A DNA stretch of 29,505 nucleotides, taken from positions 1 to 29,505 of the forward strand of contig JBHLSH010000050.1 of the NCBI GenBank assembly GCA_048881705.1, given 5' to 3'. The position numbers and the translations under genes were made by a program. This document shows, in pieces, positions 1 through 8,448 of the stretch. The notes under the pieces are model-generated. The model had not been told where the DNA came from. It searched no databases and was given only the letters and a program-made list of their open reading frames with translations. The DNA comes from Candidatus Heimdallarchaeota archaeon. Its GTDB lineage: Archaea > Asgardarchaeota > Heimdallarchaeia > Hodarchaeales > Hodarchaeaceae. How positions within the stretch are numbered: position 1 is the stretch's first letter; each line of letters begins with the position of its first letter.

Positions 1-531
1 GGGGGATTCCTTCTTGCGGGCGACACCTATTCCTTTGGGGCAGGTTCCCAAGATGGTTGGTTGGTGAAAACTGATGTAAATGGAAAGATCCAATGGAATC
101 AGACATATGGAGGATGGGCTGGGGATGAGATTAATGCGTTGATTCAAACGGATGATGGAGGTTATGCATTTTCGGGTTCCACCTCTTCATTTGGAAGAGG
201 TAATAATGACATGTGGTTAGTCAAAACCGATATTAGTGGCCAGGTTCAGTGGAATCAGACATTTGGTGGAAATGATAGTGATTGGGCCATAGGAGTGATC
301 CACATGGAAGATGGGAGTTTTGCTCTCGCTGGTTGCACCCAATCATTTGGAGCAGGCGAATATGACATGTGGTTGGTAAAAACCGATGAGTTAAAATCAA
401 TTGATAATGGAGATACCTCAAAAACCTCTGGAATTTCTTCGAACGGGCAGATTAGTCCCGGTTGGGGAATTCTATCTCTTGTAATTCTATTATTGCTAGA
501 GCCGATTTGGCGTAAAAGAAAGAAATCATAG
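1..531 (+). CDS. C-terminal part of a surface/secreted protein with 52-aa repeats and a C-terminal PG-aromatic/TM/basic sorting signal (5' end outside window)
   Basis: Frame 1 is open from base 1 (GGFLLAGDTYSFGAGSQDGWLVKTD). WLVKTD recurs at nt 58, 214 and 370 (156 nt spacing) with QWNQT(Y/F)GG and (D)GG/GS(Y/F)AxxGxTxSFGxG, consistent with beta-propeller-like blades. Ends in a Ser/Thr linker, then SPGWGILSLVILLLLEPIWRKRKKS. Confidence 0.8.
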   Translation, partial: GGFLLAGDTYSFGAGSQDGWLVKTDVNGKIQWNQTYGGWAGDEINALIQTDDGGYAFSGSTSSFGRGNNDMWLVKTDISGQVQWNQTFGGNDSDWAIGVIHMEDGSFALAGCTQSFGAGEYDMWLVKTDELKSIDNGDTSKTSGISSNGQISPGWGILSLVILLLLEPIWRKRKKS

Positions 532-544
532 GAGCTGCGATATT

Positions 545-1999
545 ATGACCTTAAAAACTCCGGAAGAATATCTGGAAAGTATTTTCCGTCCCGTAAATCT
601 TTATATGTTTGGTGAGCATATAACTGAATTCTGGAATCACCCCTTTTACAACATCATTGAACCATCAATAAATTCTATTAAAAGAATTTACGAATTAGCA
701 CAAATTGAGGAACATAAAGAAGTTATGACCGCAATTTCGCACCTAACAGGAAATCAAGTTAATAGATTCACACACATACATCGATCAAAAGAGGACCTGA
801 TAAAGAAAATAGAAGCACAACGCTTAATGGGCCAGAAGACGGCATGTTGTTTTCAGAGATGTGTCGGATGGGATGCTATCAATGCCTTGTACTCCGTAAC
901 GTATGAAATGGATGAGAAAGATGGTTCCAATTACCATCAACGATTAATCGATTATTGGATTAATGTACAAAACCAAGATCTCATGGTGGGCGGGGCAATG
1001 ACTGATCCAAAGGGAGATCGAAGTCGGCGGCCGTCTCAGCAGTCGGATCCAGATGCGTATCTCCACGTTGTTAAAGAAACGGAAAAGGGGATAACAGTAC
1101 GCGGAGCAAAACTTCATCAAACAGGATTTTTAAACTCTCATAGTGCCATCGTTATGCCAACCCTTGCCCTTCGTGAAGGAGAAAATGCCTATGCAGTTAG
1201 TTTTGGGGTTGATACCAATGCTGACGGGATTATTATGATTTATGGCCGTCAAACCTCTGATACACGAAAAATGGAGGATGGAAACCTCGATATAGGGAAC
1301 TGGAAGTATGGAGGCCAGGAAGTGTTCGTGATTTTTGACGATGTGTTCATTCCACATGAAAACGTTTTCATGAATGGCGAGGTAGAATACACAGGGGAAC
1401 TGATAAATCGTTTTGCCGGATATCACCGTCAATCATATGCATGTAAGACTGGAGTAGGGGATGTGTTAATCGGTTCTGCTGCACTCATTGCTCAATATAA
1501 TGGGGTTGAAAAAGCATCCCACGTAAGGGACAAATTGGTCGAGATGATCCATTTAAATGAAACTATGTGGTCATGTGCCGTTGCATGCAGTACTATGGGA
1601 TTCCAACGCCCCGCAGGAAATTGGGAGATGGACATGCTCCTGGCAAATGTCAACAAGCAAAATGTTACCCGATTTCCCTATATGATTGGGAGATATGCGG
1701 AAGACTTAGCAGGAGGGATAATCTGTACCCTACCATCAGAAAATGATCTGAGATCCGAAGAAGTTGGAAAGTTGGTCAAGAAATACCTTCAAACGTGTGA
1801 TGAAGTGTCGACGGAGGATCGATATAAGCTACTTAGATTTATTGAGAGTTTATCTATGGGAGTTGCTTCATTGAATTATAAAACCGAGTCTCTGCATGGA
1901 GCAGGATCTCCCCAAGCCCAACGTATTATGATCGCCCGTCAAGCTGATTTTCAAAAGAAGATCGGCCTAGTTAAAGACATCTTGGACATTCATGAGTGA
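545..1999 (+). CDS. abfD: 4-hydroxybutyryl-CoA dehydratase / vinylacetyl-CoA isomerase (HpaB/AbfD family, FAD + [4Fe-4S])
   Basis: 484 aa. CFQRCVGWD (two cluster Cys), GAMTDPKGDRS, GYHRQSYACK (His/Cys ligands) and C-terminal ESLHGAGSPQAQR are diagnostic of the family. Confidence 0.9.
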   Translation: MTLKTPEEYLESIFRPVNLYMFGEHITEFWNHPFYNIIEPSINSIKRIYELAQIEEHKEVMTAISHLTGNQVNRFTHIHRSKEDLIKKIEAQRLMGQKTACCFQRCVGWDAINALYSVTYEMDEKDGSNYHQRLIDYWINVQNQDLMVGGAMTDPKGDRSRRPSQQSDPDAYLHVVKETEKGITVRGAKLHQTGFLNSHSAIVMPTLALREGENAYAVSFGVDTNADGIIMIYGRQTSDTRKMEDGNLDIGNWKYGGQEVFVIFDDVFIPHENVFMNGEVEYTGELINRFAGYHRQSYACKTGVGDVLIGSAALIAQYNGVEKASHVRDKLVEMIHLNETMWSCAVACSTMGFQRPAGNWEMDMLLANVNKQNVTRFPYMIGRYAEDLAGGIICTLPSENDLRSEEVGKLVKKYLQTCDEVSTEDRYKLLRFIESLSMGVASLNYKTESLHGAGSPQAQRIMIARQADFQKKIGLVKDILDIHE

Positions 2000-2519
2000 G
2001 GAAAGGAAAATTTATGAACGGGTAAATCAGAGATATGGGGTCTCCTGTTATATGACATTCAACAGAAAAGTTAAACATATTATGAAAGACGTAATCTCCC
2101 TTTCAAAAGATGACTCCGCTGAAAGTGCTGCCTCTTTAATGGTAACCCAAAGAATAGGATGCGTAATTATACATGGCGAAGATGAGAAACCCATTGGGAT
2201 AGTAACTGAACGGGATCTAGTTACAAAAATTGTAGCTAATAATGAATCAAGTCAAATCAAACTTGAGACAATCATGTCTTCTCCGTTGATAAAGGTTAAT
2301 GAAACATCTTCCGTAGCCGTTGCCGCTAGACAAATGACATCAAATAATATTAAACGTCTTCCCGTTACAAACCGAAATGGGATTCTTCGGGGTATAATAA
2401 CGATGTCTGATGTCTTACGTGAAACAATTTCAGATCCCTCTATAAGTGATGAAGATGTTGTTGAATATCTAACAGAGGCTCTACGTATAATTAGCAAATC
2501 CGCAGTCAGATCACCGTAA
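1992..2519 (+). CDS. CBS-domain pair (Bateman module) protein
   Basis: VKHIMK...IGCVII...KPIGIVTERDLV and IMSSPLIKV...IKRLPV...LRGIITMSDVL. Overlaps the abfD stop by 8 nt. Confidence 0.9.
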   Translation: MSEERKIYERVNQRYGVSCYMTFNRKVKHIMKDVISLSKDDSAESAASLMVTQRIGCVIIHGEDEKPIGIVTERDLVTKIVANNESSQIKLETIMSSPLIKVNETSSVAVAARQMTSNNIKRLPVTNRNGILRGIITMSDVLRETISDPSISDEDVVEYLTEALRIISKSAVRSP

Positions 2520-2536
2520 TTGAAAGGCGAATAAAA

Positions 2537-3118
2537 ATGGAGAAGATGCTTTTAGATGTTTCCTCAAAAGTTGAAACGCGAAATTTAATTATTCGAAGAT
2601 ATAAGGAGGGTGATGGCAAATCTTTCCTTGATTTATTAGAGAGTAATGAAAATCGAGAGTACCTCAATAACCATATTGATGAAGCATCTACTGTAAGAAC
2701 TCAAGAGGAGGCAGAAATTCGAATACGACAATACATTGCGTTCTGGGTAGGACGGGAGAGGTTTGTTATGGGAATATGGTTGAAATCTTCTAAGGAATAC
2801 ATTGGGCAACTCTGGATTGAACCCAAAAAATGGGAGGTTCCTTCCTTTGAACTGGGGTGGTTTTTGGAAAGAACCCATCAAGGTAAAGGCCTTGCAACAG
2901 AAGCCGTCATGAATATCATTGATTATATTTTCAATGAACTAAAAGCTCATAAAATCATTGTATTTGTTGGAGATAACAATGAACGGAGCTTCAGGTTAGC
3001 TGAAAGATGCGGATTTACAAAAGAAGGCCATTTTCGAGATCACCAAATTAGGGATGGGAAACGGTTCGGGTTATATTGTTATGGCTTGTTAAAACACGAA
3101 TTTTTTCCAAATAAATGA
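2537..3118 (+). CDS. GNAT family N-acetyltransferase (RimJ/RimL-like)
   Basis: ETRNLIIRR at the N-terminus; ELGWFLERTHQGKGLATEA; NNERSFRLAERCGFTKEG. Confidence 0.9.
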   Translation: MEKMLLDVSSKVETRNLIIRRYKEGDGKSFLDLLESNENREYLNNHIDEASTVRTQEEAEIRIRQYIAFWVGRERFVMGIWLKSSKEYIGQLWIEPKKWEVPSFELGWFLERTHQGKGLATEAVMNIIDYIFNELKAHKIIVFVGDNNERSFRLAERCGFTKEGHFRDHQIRDGKRFGLYCYGLLKHEFFPNK

Positions 3119-3127
3119 GTGAAACTC

Positions 3128-4342
3128 TTAACCAATAACTTTCTTCCTGCCTCTTCTCCTACTATTAGCAATAAGGACGATTAAAATGAATGATGCTACT
3201 ATCTCAAGCCCTGGAGTATTTTCACTTTGTTTTGTATAGTCTTCATCAATAGTTAGCATGATAGCCGTTATCAGATCAATCATTTGTCTGAATTGGTTAG
3301 GATATGTATCAAAGACGGTTCCCGAAGCTGTTGTCACCACAACCGCATCTAGTTCGGGAATACAGAAGATGAACTGCCCTCCGTGACCCCTAGCAGAAAA
3401 AGTCTCGTAACCAACAAATTTTTGTAACCACCACTGGAATCCATATCCCGTTTTTTCATAAAATGCGGATCTCATGCCCTCATCGACTCTTCCTCCCGCA
3501 TAATCTTGGAGCGATTGGTGGACCCAATCTGAAGGGACAATCTCCTTCCCGTCAATCACACCCTTATTCAAATACAGGAATCCAAGTCTTGCCATATCTC
3601 GAGGTACGAAATACATCTCATGACCCCCCGTATAGTATCCTTGGGGGTCTTGGTGCCAATGTCTGATTGAGATCTGCAATGGCGTGAACAGGTGTTTCTC
3701 AGCAAACTCCCTTGTACTCATATTCGCAGCCCTAGTCAGAACTGCCGAGAGAAGATTTGTCTGTGGGGTGCTATAGTGCCAATCTTCCCCGGGAGTATGG
3801 AGCAGCGGCAATTCTATAGCGTATTGAACCCAGTCACTAGCCTTGACATGCGCAATCCATTCATCAGCTGAATCATTGAAATTAAAGCCAGCCCTCATAG
3901 TAAGCAAGTGCCTGAGAGTTATATTCTTTTTTCGAGGATCCAAGTCAGGCGTGAAATACTCTGGAAAGAAATCGATTAGCTTCTGATCCAAACTTTCGAA
4001 AACCCCCTCTCGAAATGCAATTCCAATTAAAGCAGAAGTAAAGCTTTTGGAAGCCGAGTATAATGTAAAAGGACTATTTCTGGTACCGTCGTTGAAATAC
4101 TCTTCTACTACAAGAACTCCGTCTCTGATAACTAGTATACTGCGAAGAAATGGCATAGTTTGCCCTCGTGAAATCGTGGCCTCTAACGGAGAGACATCTA
4201 TGCCGTAATTTTCTGGTTCGGCTTCGGGCCACTCATATGGTATCTCGGATGATCCTGAAATATTAGGTAGGGGAAGGTTAACAATCAGGATAATCACACC
4301 AACTGTAATGACTATGAGTGGTCTTCCACTAATACTTGCCAT
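3128..4342 (-). CDS. Serine hydrolase, beta-lactamase/class C-like family, with signal peptide and C-terminal membrane anchor
   Basis: SxxK (YSASKS), LLTMRAG, PGEDWHYST, PRDMARLGFLYL, ARGHGGQ. Hydrophobic N-terminus. C-terminus TPGLEIVASFILIVLIANSRRRGRKK. Confidence 0.88.
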   Translation of the reverse strand: MASISGRPLIVITVGVIILIVNLPLPNISGSSEIPYEWPEAEPENYGIDVSPLEATISRGQTMPFLRSILVIRDGVLVVEEYFNDGTRNSPFTLYSASKSFTSALIGIAFREGVFESLDQKLIDFFPEYFTPDLDPRKKNITLRHLLTMRAGFNFNDSADEWIAHVKASDWVQYAIELPLLHTPGEDWHYSTPQTNLLSAVLTRAANMSTREFAEKHLFTPLQISIRHWHQDPQGYYTGGHEMYFVPRDMARLGFLYLNKGVIDGKEIVPSDWVHQSLQDYAGGRVDEGMRSAFYEKTGYGFQWWLQKFVGYETFSARGHGGQFIFCIPELDAVVVTTASGTVFDTYPNQFRQMIDLITAIMLTIDEDYTKQSENTPGLEIVASFILIVLIANSRRRGRKKVIG

Positions 4343-4501
4343 TTATCTACCAGCTCTTAGAACAAAAGTAGGCCATTTAAAACAATTTAATCTTTTTAAG
4401 TAGTATGATAGAGGCAGATGAAAACTGGCTTTGAGCAAATAGACTGAAACTATGTTTCTCATGCTTTGAGGAATAATATTCATTCACTCTCGGTGTGCTA
4501 A

Positions 4502-4978
4502 ATGAGTATAGAAAAATCAATTGTAGGTGACGGAGATTCTCTTAAGTTTTTAGAAGGCCATGAACTGAGAACTGCGTTGGTATTACTGCCTACCTATGCA
4601 AAAAAATCAGTTTACATTATGGTGCCCTATATTGGACAAGGACAGCTATTATCTTCGATTCTCAATATTCCAAGCAATATAAATGTTAAAATGTTCACCA
4701 GGGACAAAACGGGATATCTTCCGAGTATCAAAACGTTGGCTGATCCAGCATTGGACGAATTAAAACGTAAAAGGAACATTCAGGTTTTCATTGACAACAA
4801 AATTCATGCTAAGATCTGGCTAGTCGAAGAAATTGCCATTGTTCATTCAATGAACGGAACTTTTCATTCGGAACACTATAACTTTGAAGCAGGAATAATG
4901 ACGACCGATAAAAGGACGATTAATGAGATCTATAGCTATTTTATCAGGGCAGAGAAAGAAGCCGCGAAATTGCAATAG
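4502..4978 (+). CDS. Stand-alone phospholipase D-like (PLDc_2/nuclease-type) domain protein
   Basis: IHAKIWLVE...HSMNGT...NFEAGIM resembles HxKxxxxD...GSxNxT...NxExG, with Asp->Glu and Gly->His changes. Upstream IMVPYI matches the typical strand. Confidence 0.7.
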   Translation: MSIEKSIVGDGDSLKFLEGHELRTALVLLPTYAKKSVYIMVPYIGQGQLLSSILNIPSNINVKMFTRDKTGYLPSIKTLADPALDELKRKRNIQVFIDNKIHAKIWLVEEIAIVHSMNGTFHSEHYNFEAGIMTTDKRTINEIYSYFIRAEKEAAKLQ

Positions 4979-5018
4979 CGCTTTTTATTTGATTTCAGCA
5001 CACGGGCCAAGTCCAACC

Positions 5019-5027
5019 TTTAATTAT
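5019..5027 (+). promoter_or_regulatory. TATA-like element upstream of suhB
   Basis: TTTAATTAT centred about 24 nt upstream of GTG 5047. Confidence 0.45.
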
Positions 5028-5046
5028 AGGCGGATGTGAATAATAG

Positions 5047-5856
5047 GTGAAAGTAAAAGATGATCAGTTTCTATCAGTGGCCATTGCAGCTGCAAAGTCA
5101 GGAGGAGAAACACTCCTGGATATGTACGGAAAGGTAGAAATAACCTATAAATCGGATAAAAGTATCGTTACTCAAGCTGATCTTCAAGCTGACAATAGAA
5201 TTCGAGAAATATTGACAGAAGAGTTTCCAAAGCATTCAATTTTGAGTGAGGAGTCCGATGAAAGCTTTGAAATCGAAAAAGGGGGGTCCTCAAGCAAGTA
5301 TCTATGGGCAATTGACCCGTTAGATGGAACAACAAATTATGCCTGCCAGAATCCGTTCTTCTGTGTCTCAATCGGCCTACTGGTTGATCAACAACCTTTT
5401 CTTGGCGCGATATATTTTCCTATACAGGATGAACTCTTCTATGCTAAGGTAGGAGAAGGAGCGTTTCTGAATGACAGAAAAATCCACGTAGGATTAGGAG
5501 TATCCCTTGAGAATGCTTTTTTATCCTATGGTAATGCAAGAGATCTGAAGAATCGGCAGACCATTGCCCGAATCTTTCCTAAACTTAAAATCAAAAGTAA
5601 CAAGCTAAGGCAGGTTGGTTCGCCAGCCTTGGCGTTATGCTTTGTCGCATCAGGACGTTTTAGTGCATTCTTTATGCCTGGTGTAAACCTATGGGATGTT
5701 GCAGCTGGGATCCTAATTACAAAAGAGGCGAATGGTACCGTCACAGATTTTCATAACAAGCCATTTTCATTGCATTCTACGAGTATTGTTGCAGCTAGTC
5801 CAACGGTTCATTCGGAAATACTGCCTTTTCTGACAAACACAAACCAAGATTTTTAA
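5047..5856 (+). CDS. suhB: Inositol monophosphatase family protein (SuhB / bifunctional IMPase-FBPase-like)
   Basis: VTQADLQAD, ILSEE, WAIDPLDGTTNYA, RQVGSPAL, LWDVAAG. GTG start. Confidence 0.9.
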   Translation: MKVKDDQFLSVAIAAAKSGGETLLDMYGKVEITYKSDKSIVTQADLQADNRIREILTEEFPKHSILSEESDESFEIEKGGSSSKYLWAIDPLDGTTNYACQNPFFCVSIGLLVDQQPFLGAIYFPIQDELFYAKVGEGAFLNDRKIHVGLGVSLENAFLSYGNARDLKNRQTIARIFPKLKIKSNKLRQVGSPALALCFVASGRFSAFFMPGVNLWDVAAGILITKEANGTVTDFHNKPFSLHSTSIVAASPTVHSEILPFLTNTNQDF

Positions 5857-5878
5857 TGTAAAAAGTGATTTTCCACTT

Positions 5879-6532
5879 ATGAGAACTTTAATTGTCACTG
5901 CTTCGTCGAAGAGTAAAAGAAACGAAAACCAGGTTTTCAAAAAACCTCGTAAAACATTTTCCGACTCGATAAGTGAGAAGAATCGGGAAGAACTTCTAGG
6001 GGCGCGAAGCAGTCTTCTAAAAGAGTTCGGTCTCTCTGAGGGGCCTGACACCCACTTGAATCTTAAACCAACTGACGAAAAAGAATTTCTTCCAGCATAT
6101 TCCAGATATAAGGGAAGAACATTTTCAAAAGTAACAGAGGAAGCGTGGACCGAACTAAGACAGAATGACGATTTAGATTGTGTCATTCTCTCCGCCTATT
6201 ACGGTTTAATACGCTTTAATGAGCCCATCCGAAATTATGAGATAAAACAAGTAACGAAATTGCCATCTGGATCGACCATTGGCAGATTCTGGAAAAATTC
6301 AGGAGCAGGACGCTGGCTTTTTGATTACATAGAAAATAATGAGATTGATGATGTTAAATTTGTGCTATCTACCTCGTACTCAGATATAATTCAAAAAGAA
6401 ACACTCATGAATCGTCTTAAAGACGAGTTAAATGTTCCAAGTGAAGACCAGCAGTTCAAACACGGCGGCGGAATGAAATCTATGACCTTAAGAGGTCAAT
6501 ACATTAACGATTTGTTACTAAATAAGCTGTGA
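5879..6532 (+). CDS. YaaA/DUF328-like protein
   Basis: PAYSRYKGRTF and VILSAYYGLIRFNEPIRNYE resemble the YaaA-family PAxxRYxG and ILSxxYG(L/I)(L/I)xxxDxIxxY motifs. Confidence 0.65.
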   Translation: MRTLIVTASSKSKRNENQVFKKPRKTFSDSISEKNREELLGARSSLLKEFGLSEGPDTHLNLKPTDEKEFLPAYSRYKGRTFSKVTEEAWTELRQNDDLDCVILSAYYGLIRFNEPIRNYEIKQVTKLPSGSTIGRFWKNSGAGRWLFDYIENNEIDDVKFVLSTSYSDIIQKETLMNRLKDELNVPSEDQQFKHGGGMKSMTLRGQYINDLLLNKL

Positions 6533-6581
6533 AGTGTCGCTAAAACCTTCTAAATACGAATATTGGAATTACCACTTCCAT

Positions 6582-6594
6582 AAAGGTTTAAGTA
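6582..6594 (+). promoter_or_regulatory. BRE+TATA promoter of the LLM gene (leaderless geometry)
   Basis: AAAGG TTTAAGTA; TATA centre about 26 nt upstream of ATG 6617. Confidence 0.6.
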
Positions 6595-6616
6595 TCATAA
6601 CCTCTGTTTTTCTCTT

Positions 6617-7549
6617 ATGAAAATTGGTTTACAAATTCCAAACCTAACATTTCCAAAAGGAAGAGATTCCTTTTCTGAAGATTTCCGAAAGATTGTTCAA
6701 ACTGCGGATGAATCAGGTTTTTCTAGCCTGTGGGTGATGGACCATTTCTTTCAAATCGGTGGCCCTGAAAGCCATCTTTTGGGACCAGCCGAGGATGATA
6801 TGTATGAAAGCTATTCATTGCTCAACTATGCGGCGGCACTGACTAGCAATGTAAAATTAGGCACCATGGTAACAGGAAACAATTATCGCCATCCAGGGAT
6901 GTTGGTAAAAGCAGTAACGACGCTGGACATATTATCTAAGGGCCGAGCTTACTTTGGAATTGGTGCAGGATGGTTTGAACGAGAATCAATAGGATTGGGC
7001 ATTCCTTTTTTCAATTGGAAGATTAGATTCGAAATGCTTGAGGAATCACTGCAAATAATAAAACAAATGTGGTCGGATAATGATGGTGAATATAAGGGGA
7101 AACACTATCAATTAAAGGAAACACTATGTAGTCCACCTCCTATTCAACAATTTCCACCCATTTTAATCGGTGGAATGGGGCCAAACAAAACCCTCAGATT
7201 CGTTGCCAAATATGCTGATGCCTGTAACCTCTTTTTAGGAGGTGGAATTGAGAAGGTTGAAGAAGCATTGGAGACTCTTAAACGGCATTGTCGGACTGAA
7301 GGCCGAAACTATGATGAAATAGAGAAAACTACTTTAGGATCAGTCTTCCTAGATCAACCAAATGTTCCAGAGAAATCAGCACGAGGAAGTAAAAACCTGA
7401 AAAGCGTTGAGGACATTCTGTCAATGCTAAAGACTCTAGCTGACATGGGAATAGACCATGCGATCTTTAATATGAGAAATCCGTTATCTGACCAAGAACC
7501 CCTTTCGATATTTCAGGATGAAATTATTCCCTTCGCTCGTGCTTTCTAA
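6617..7549 (+). CDS. LLM-class (luciferase-like) F420-dependent oxidoreductase
   Basis: SLWVMDHFFQI, LGTMVTGNNYRHPGMLVK, GRAYFGIGAGWFERE, PPILIGGMG..TLRFVAKYADACN. Confidence 0.88.
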   Translation: MKIGLQIPNLTFPKGRDSFSEDFRKIVQTADESGFSSLWVMDHFFQIGGPESHLLGPAEDDMYESYSLLNYAAALTSNVKLGTMVTGNNYRHPGMLVKAVTTLDILSKGRAYFGIGAGWFERESIGLGIPFFNWKIRFEMLEESLQIIKQMWSDNDGEYKGKHYQLKETLCSPPPIQQFPPILIGGMGPNKTLRFVAKYADACNLFLGGGIEKVEEALETLKRHCRTEGRNYDEIEKTTLGSVFLDQPNVPEKSARGSKNLKSVEDILSMLKTLADMGIDHAIFNMRNPLSDQEPLSIFQDEIIPFARAF

Positions 7550-7695
7550 TCCTTCAAACCGTTTCGACATATCTTTGATCTTGAATAATAAGGAATCTTA
7601 TAACGGGATGAATTTTTCGCTACCAACTTTTCATGAGTTAAACGTTGGTTTGCACATCTGCTATATATCCTTATTAATGTGTTACACCAAACAAG

Positions 7696-8448
7696 CTATT
7701 CTTCTTCCAGAATTTTCTTGCTCGAATTTAAGTGGTGTCTTATTGTCGCCTCATCATATGCTGGGGCTTTTGATGTTAATATCTGCATAAATCCAGAGAT
7801 TAAAAAATCAGTATCAAGCAAAACTTCAATTATTTCTCTGTCCATCGATGGACATATAATAGTGTAGTGAACCACTTCATTAAAGGAAAGAACATATAGT
7901 TTCCGCCTCAAACTTCCCTTTTTCAATCGATCTATCACACTATTTCGAATTTTTTTCCAAGTTTGGTTTATTTCGGCCTTCATTTTCTGGATTAATATGC
8001 GTAGATTTTGCTCCTCTATCAAAATAGTTCTCATTGAGGATATGATCGCCCATGGATAGCTAGGGCCCAATTCAGAGTCAGGATATTCCCATTCGATACG
8101 TAAACTGCTATCAAGAAGAGAAGAATAATCAAACCAGCCAAGTTGAAAAAAACCTCTTACGATACAAAGAATTTCACGTGTATCTATATTTTCAGCCCAT
8201 AAAGTGAAAATACGAACACTTTCCTCATTTATATCCGATAATCCTTCATCTTTTTTTTCAGCGTGAATATTTGTATAATCCATCATCCAGTCCCCGAAAC
8301 GATCAAAAAGATCTGTGGCTTCAATTTGCCTATTTGGGAAAAATTTCCTTATAATTCTTCTATCAAATTCCTGTCTTCTCTTAGTGTCAATCGCTTCTTC
8401 TCTACCATTATGAAATTGAATTTGAGCTGTTTTTAAAACTTTATTCAT
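7696..8448 (-). CDS. Hypothetical protein (possible C-terminal helix-turn-helix)
   Basis: 250-aa ATG ORF with ordinary composition. A TATA-like TTAAAC lies about 26 nt upstream on the minus strand. No clear family. Confidence 0.6.
   Translation of the reverse strand: MNKVLKTAQIQFHNGREEAIDTKRRQEFDRRIIRKFFPNRQIEATDLFDRFGDWMMDYTNIHAEKKDEGLSDINEESVRIFTLWAENIDTREILCIVRGFFQLGWFDYSSLLDSSLRIEWEYPDSELGPSYPWAIISSMRTILIEEQNLRILIQKMKAEINQTWKKIRNSVIDRLKKGSLRRKLYVLSFNEVVHYTIICPSMDREIIEVLLDTDFLISGFMQILTSKAPAYDEATIRHHLNSSKKILEEE

Noticed and set aside
1-400. 156-nt periodicity as a possible CRISPR or DNA repeat array
   Set aside because: The repeats are degenerate at synonymous positions and in frame, so they are protein repeats.
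7518-7867. Plus-strand ORFs 7518-7790 and 7679-7867
   Set aside because: They overlap the LLM end and the longer minus-strand ORF and have no motifs; treated as shadow ORFs.
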